DNA of 56,948 nucleotides from Candidatus Wolfebacteria bacterium RIFOXYB1_FULL_54_12. GTDB lineage: Bacteria > Patescibacteriota > Minisyncoccia > UBA6257 > UBA9933. Shown here piece after piece: positions 54,928-56,948 of this stretch. Both the position numbers and the translations under genes were made by a program. Within the stretch, counting starts at the first letter, position 1. Each line of letters begins with the position of its first letter. The notes under the pieces were generated by a model. The model did not search any database, was not told the origin of the DNA, and was given only the letters and a program-made list of their open reading frames with translations. The stretch is taken from assembly GCA_001793895.1 (NCBI GenBank), contig MGIT01000004.1, positions 8,517 through 65,464 of the forward strand, written 5' to 3'.

Positions 54928-56948
54928 TCAGATAAGCTCCACCGCGCCTTCGCAGATGAACTTCATTTCAGTATCTTTTGCGGAAAGCTTGCCCTCTGCG
55001 ACGATCAGTTTGTTTTCTGTCCACAGGTTTGGGTTGCGCGCGAGCGTTTCCGTGAACACGATCGCCTCTATGCTTTCGTTCGCGTCTTCGATGCGGGCAA
55101 ATGCCATCGGCTTTCCTGCTTTAGTGGTTATCTTTTTTACACCCGTCACCACGCCGGCGATGCGATGCTTCTGCTGGTCTTTCTGATCCAATAGCAATAG
55201 ATCGCGAATAGACTTTACCTTATATTGCACCAACTGCGCCTTGTGTTCGGAAAGGGGGTGGTCTGAAATGTACAAACCAAGCAGTTCCTTTTCCCAATTC
55301 AGTTTATCCTTTTTAGAAATTGGCTCCGCATCCCTTAAGTTCAAAACGCTTTTCGAATAGACCGTGCCGAAGAGGTTGTTTTGATTGGATACCTCATTCT
55401 TTTTCATCGTCTGCGAATACCGCAATATCTCGTCCATATTCGCGAGTACCTTTCCCCGCTCAAGCTTGAACGAGTCAAACACGCCCGCCTTGGTCAAGCT
55501 CTCTATGGATTTTTTATTGATATCCTTGTGCTTTACGCGCGTCAGGAAATCCTCGAGATCCACATACGGTCCGCCGGCCTGCCGTTCGGCAATGATCGCT
55601 TCAACCACCGCAGCTCCCACATTCTTGATCGCCTGCAACCCGAATCGGATGCTCGTTCCTTGCGGGGCGAAGCTTACCGCACTTTCGTTTATGTCGGGCG
55701 GAAGCACCAACACTCCATGCTTTTTTGCCTCATCGATCAAAAATGCAATGCGCTCCACATCGTCGCTTTCCGAGTTGAACAGCGCCGTCATGAACTCGAT
55801 AGGGTAGTGTGCCTTCAAGTACGCCGTTTGGTAACCTATCAATCCATAACAGACGCTGTGCGATCGGTTGAAACCGTATTTCGCGAACGGCGGGAACAGC
55901 TCCCATATCTTTCGGGCTATCTTTTCGTTGATACCATTAGCTATCATACCGTTGATCAGCTTTCCCTCCTGCTCGTCGAGCAGCGCTTTGATCTTTTTGC
56001 CGATCGCCTTGCGCAGCGTGTCCGCTTCGGCAAGCGTGTATCCGGCAAGATCGCGCGCAATGCGCATCATCTGCTCCTGATAAATACCAATGCCGTAGGT
56101 TTTTCCAAGGATTGGCGCGAGCATGGGGTGCAGAAGTTTTACTTCTTCACGTCCGTACTTTCGGTTGATATAATCAGGGATCAGTTCCATTGGGCCTGGG
56201 CGATAGAGCGCCACCATGGCGACCACATCTTCGAATTCGGTCGGTTTCAGCTCCTTCAGGTAGCGGCGCATGCCTGCGGATTCAAACTGGAACACTCCCA
56301 CCGTATCGCCATTTTGCAACACCTCGAACGTCTGCGCGTCATTCAGCGGAATGTTTGAAATATTTACAAGCTCTCCCGTGCTTTCCTGCACCAATCGCAA
56401 CGCCTCTTCGATGATCGTCAGGTTACGCAGTCCGAGAAAGTCCATCTTGAGCAACCCGAGTTTTTCAACGATCCCTTGCTCAAACTGTGTGATAACCGAA
56501 TTTTCATTTTGCGGCGATCGCTGCAGTGCCACCACGTCGGTCAGCGGCTCCGCGGAAATGATGATGCCGCACGCATGCACCGACGCATGCCGGGCAACCC
56601 CTTCGAGTTTCTTTGCGGCGTCTATCAACTTTTTCGCATCCGGATTTGTGGCGTACATCGTGCGCATTTCTTCTACCGCATCGAGTGCTTGTCCGAGATT
56701 TTTTACCGGAGTCGGGGGAGCGGGAACCAGTTTTGCCACCTGATCACAAAACGCATAGGGCAAGCCAAGCGCGCGACCTGCGTCGCGAATTGCCGCGCGT
56801 GCCGCCATTGTTCCAAAGGTAATGATCTGTGCAACCCTGTCTTCGCCATATTTCTGCCGCACATAATTTACCACTTCGTCGCGTCGCTTGTCGGCGAAAT
56901 CAATATCAATATCGGGCATTTGAATGCGATCCGGATTCAAGAACCGCT
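54928..56948 (-). CDS. dnaE: DNA polymerase III alpha subunit, C-terminal ~673 aa (gene runs off right edge)
   Basis: PDIDIDFADKRRDEVVNYV, FGTMAARAAIRDAGRALG, HACGIIIS, FNRSHSVCY, C-terminal OB fold. Confidence 0.9.
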   Translation of the reverse strand, partial: RFLNPDRIQMPDIDIDFADKRRDEVVNYVRQKYGEDRVAQIITFGTMAARAAIRDAGRALGLPYAFCDQVAKLVPAPPTPVKNLGQALDAVEEMRTMYATNPDAKKLIDAAKKLEGVARHASVHACGIIISAEPLTDVVALQRSPQNENSVITQFEQGIVEKLGLLKMDFLGLRNLTIIEEALRLVQESTGELVNISNIPLNDAQTFEVLQNGDTVGVFQFESAGMRRYLKELKPTEFEDVVAMVALYRPGPMELIPDYINRKYGREEVKLLHPMLAPILGKTYGIGIYQEQMMRIARDLAGYTLAEADTLRKAIGKKIKALLDEQEGKLINGMIANGINEKIARKIWELFPPFAKYGFNRSHSVCYGLIGYQTAYLKAHYPIEFMTALFNSESDDVERIAFLIDEAKKHGVLVLPPDINESAVSFAPQGTSIRFGLQAIKNVGAAVVEAIIAERQAGGPYVDLEDFLTRVKHKDINKKSIESLTKAGVFDSFKLERGKVLANMDEILRYSQTMKKNEVSNQNNLFGTVYSKSVLNLRDAEPISKKDKLNWEKELLGLYISDHPLSEHKAQLVQYKVKSIRDLLLLDQKDQQKHRIAGVVTGVKKITTKAGKPMAFARIEDANESIEAIVFTETLARNPNLWTENKLIVAEGKLSAKDTEMKFICEGAVELI

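Overview
This window looks like a small-genome bacterial chromosome of about 50% GC. The gene content (short L13, N-terminally extended S9, long Ndk, GAD-less AspRS, split ComEC, VirB2-like pilins, giant surface protein) suggests a Candidate Phyla Radiation / Patescibacteria-like organism, but that is inference only. Most genes are housekeeping genes on the minus strand: gatC-gatA, uppP, tatD, rpmB, ndk, aspS, comEC, cobO, rplS, an RluA-family synthase, rpsA, rplM-rpsI, the str operon rpsL-rpsG-fusA, thrS and dnaE. gyrA is on the plus strand. There are five tRNAs: Pro-GGG, Leu-GAG, Leu-UAG, Val-UAC, plus degenerate Leu-derived fragments.

Five features stand out:
1. Nearly every intergenic space is filled with hairpin repeats bounded by TGTCAT...ATGACA. 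They occur as single, double (about 70 bp), triple (about 100 bp) and nested forms with covarying stems, alongside blocks of tandem heptamers. Some copies sit in frame inside genes.
2. A 350-bp non-coding array of five perfect parS sites is interleaved with everted half-site palindromes, next to two perfect DnaA boxes.
3. An accessory locus (7.8-11.8 kb) holds small ORFs and receiver-like proteins, threaded by four copies of a conserved multi-hairpin element.
4. An IS200-like Y1 (RAYT-type) transposase is flanked and internally interrupted by its own palindrome.
5. A gene of 2181-2296 aa encodes a secreted protein with 14 tandem RCC1-like blades and multiple Fn3-like modules.

No rRNA genes, CRISPR array or cas genes were seen. 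All functional calls come from reading the translated motifs; no database search was run.
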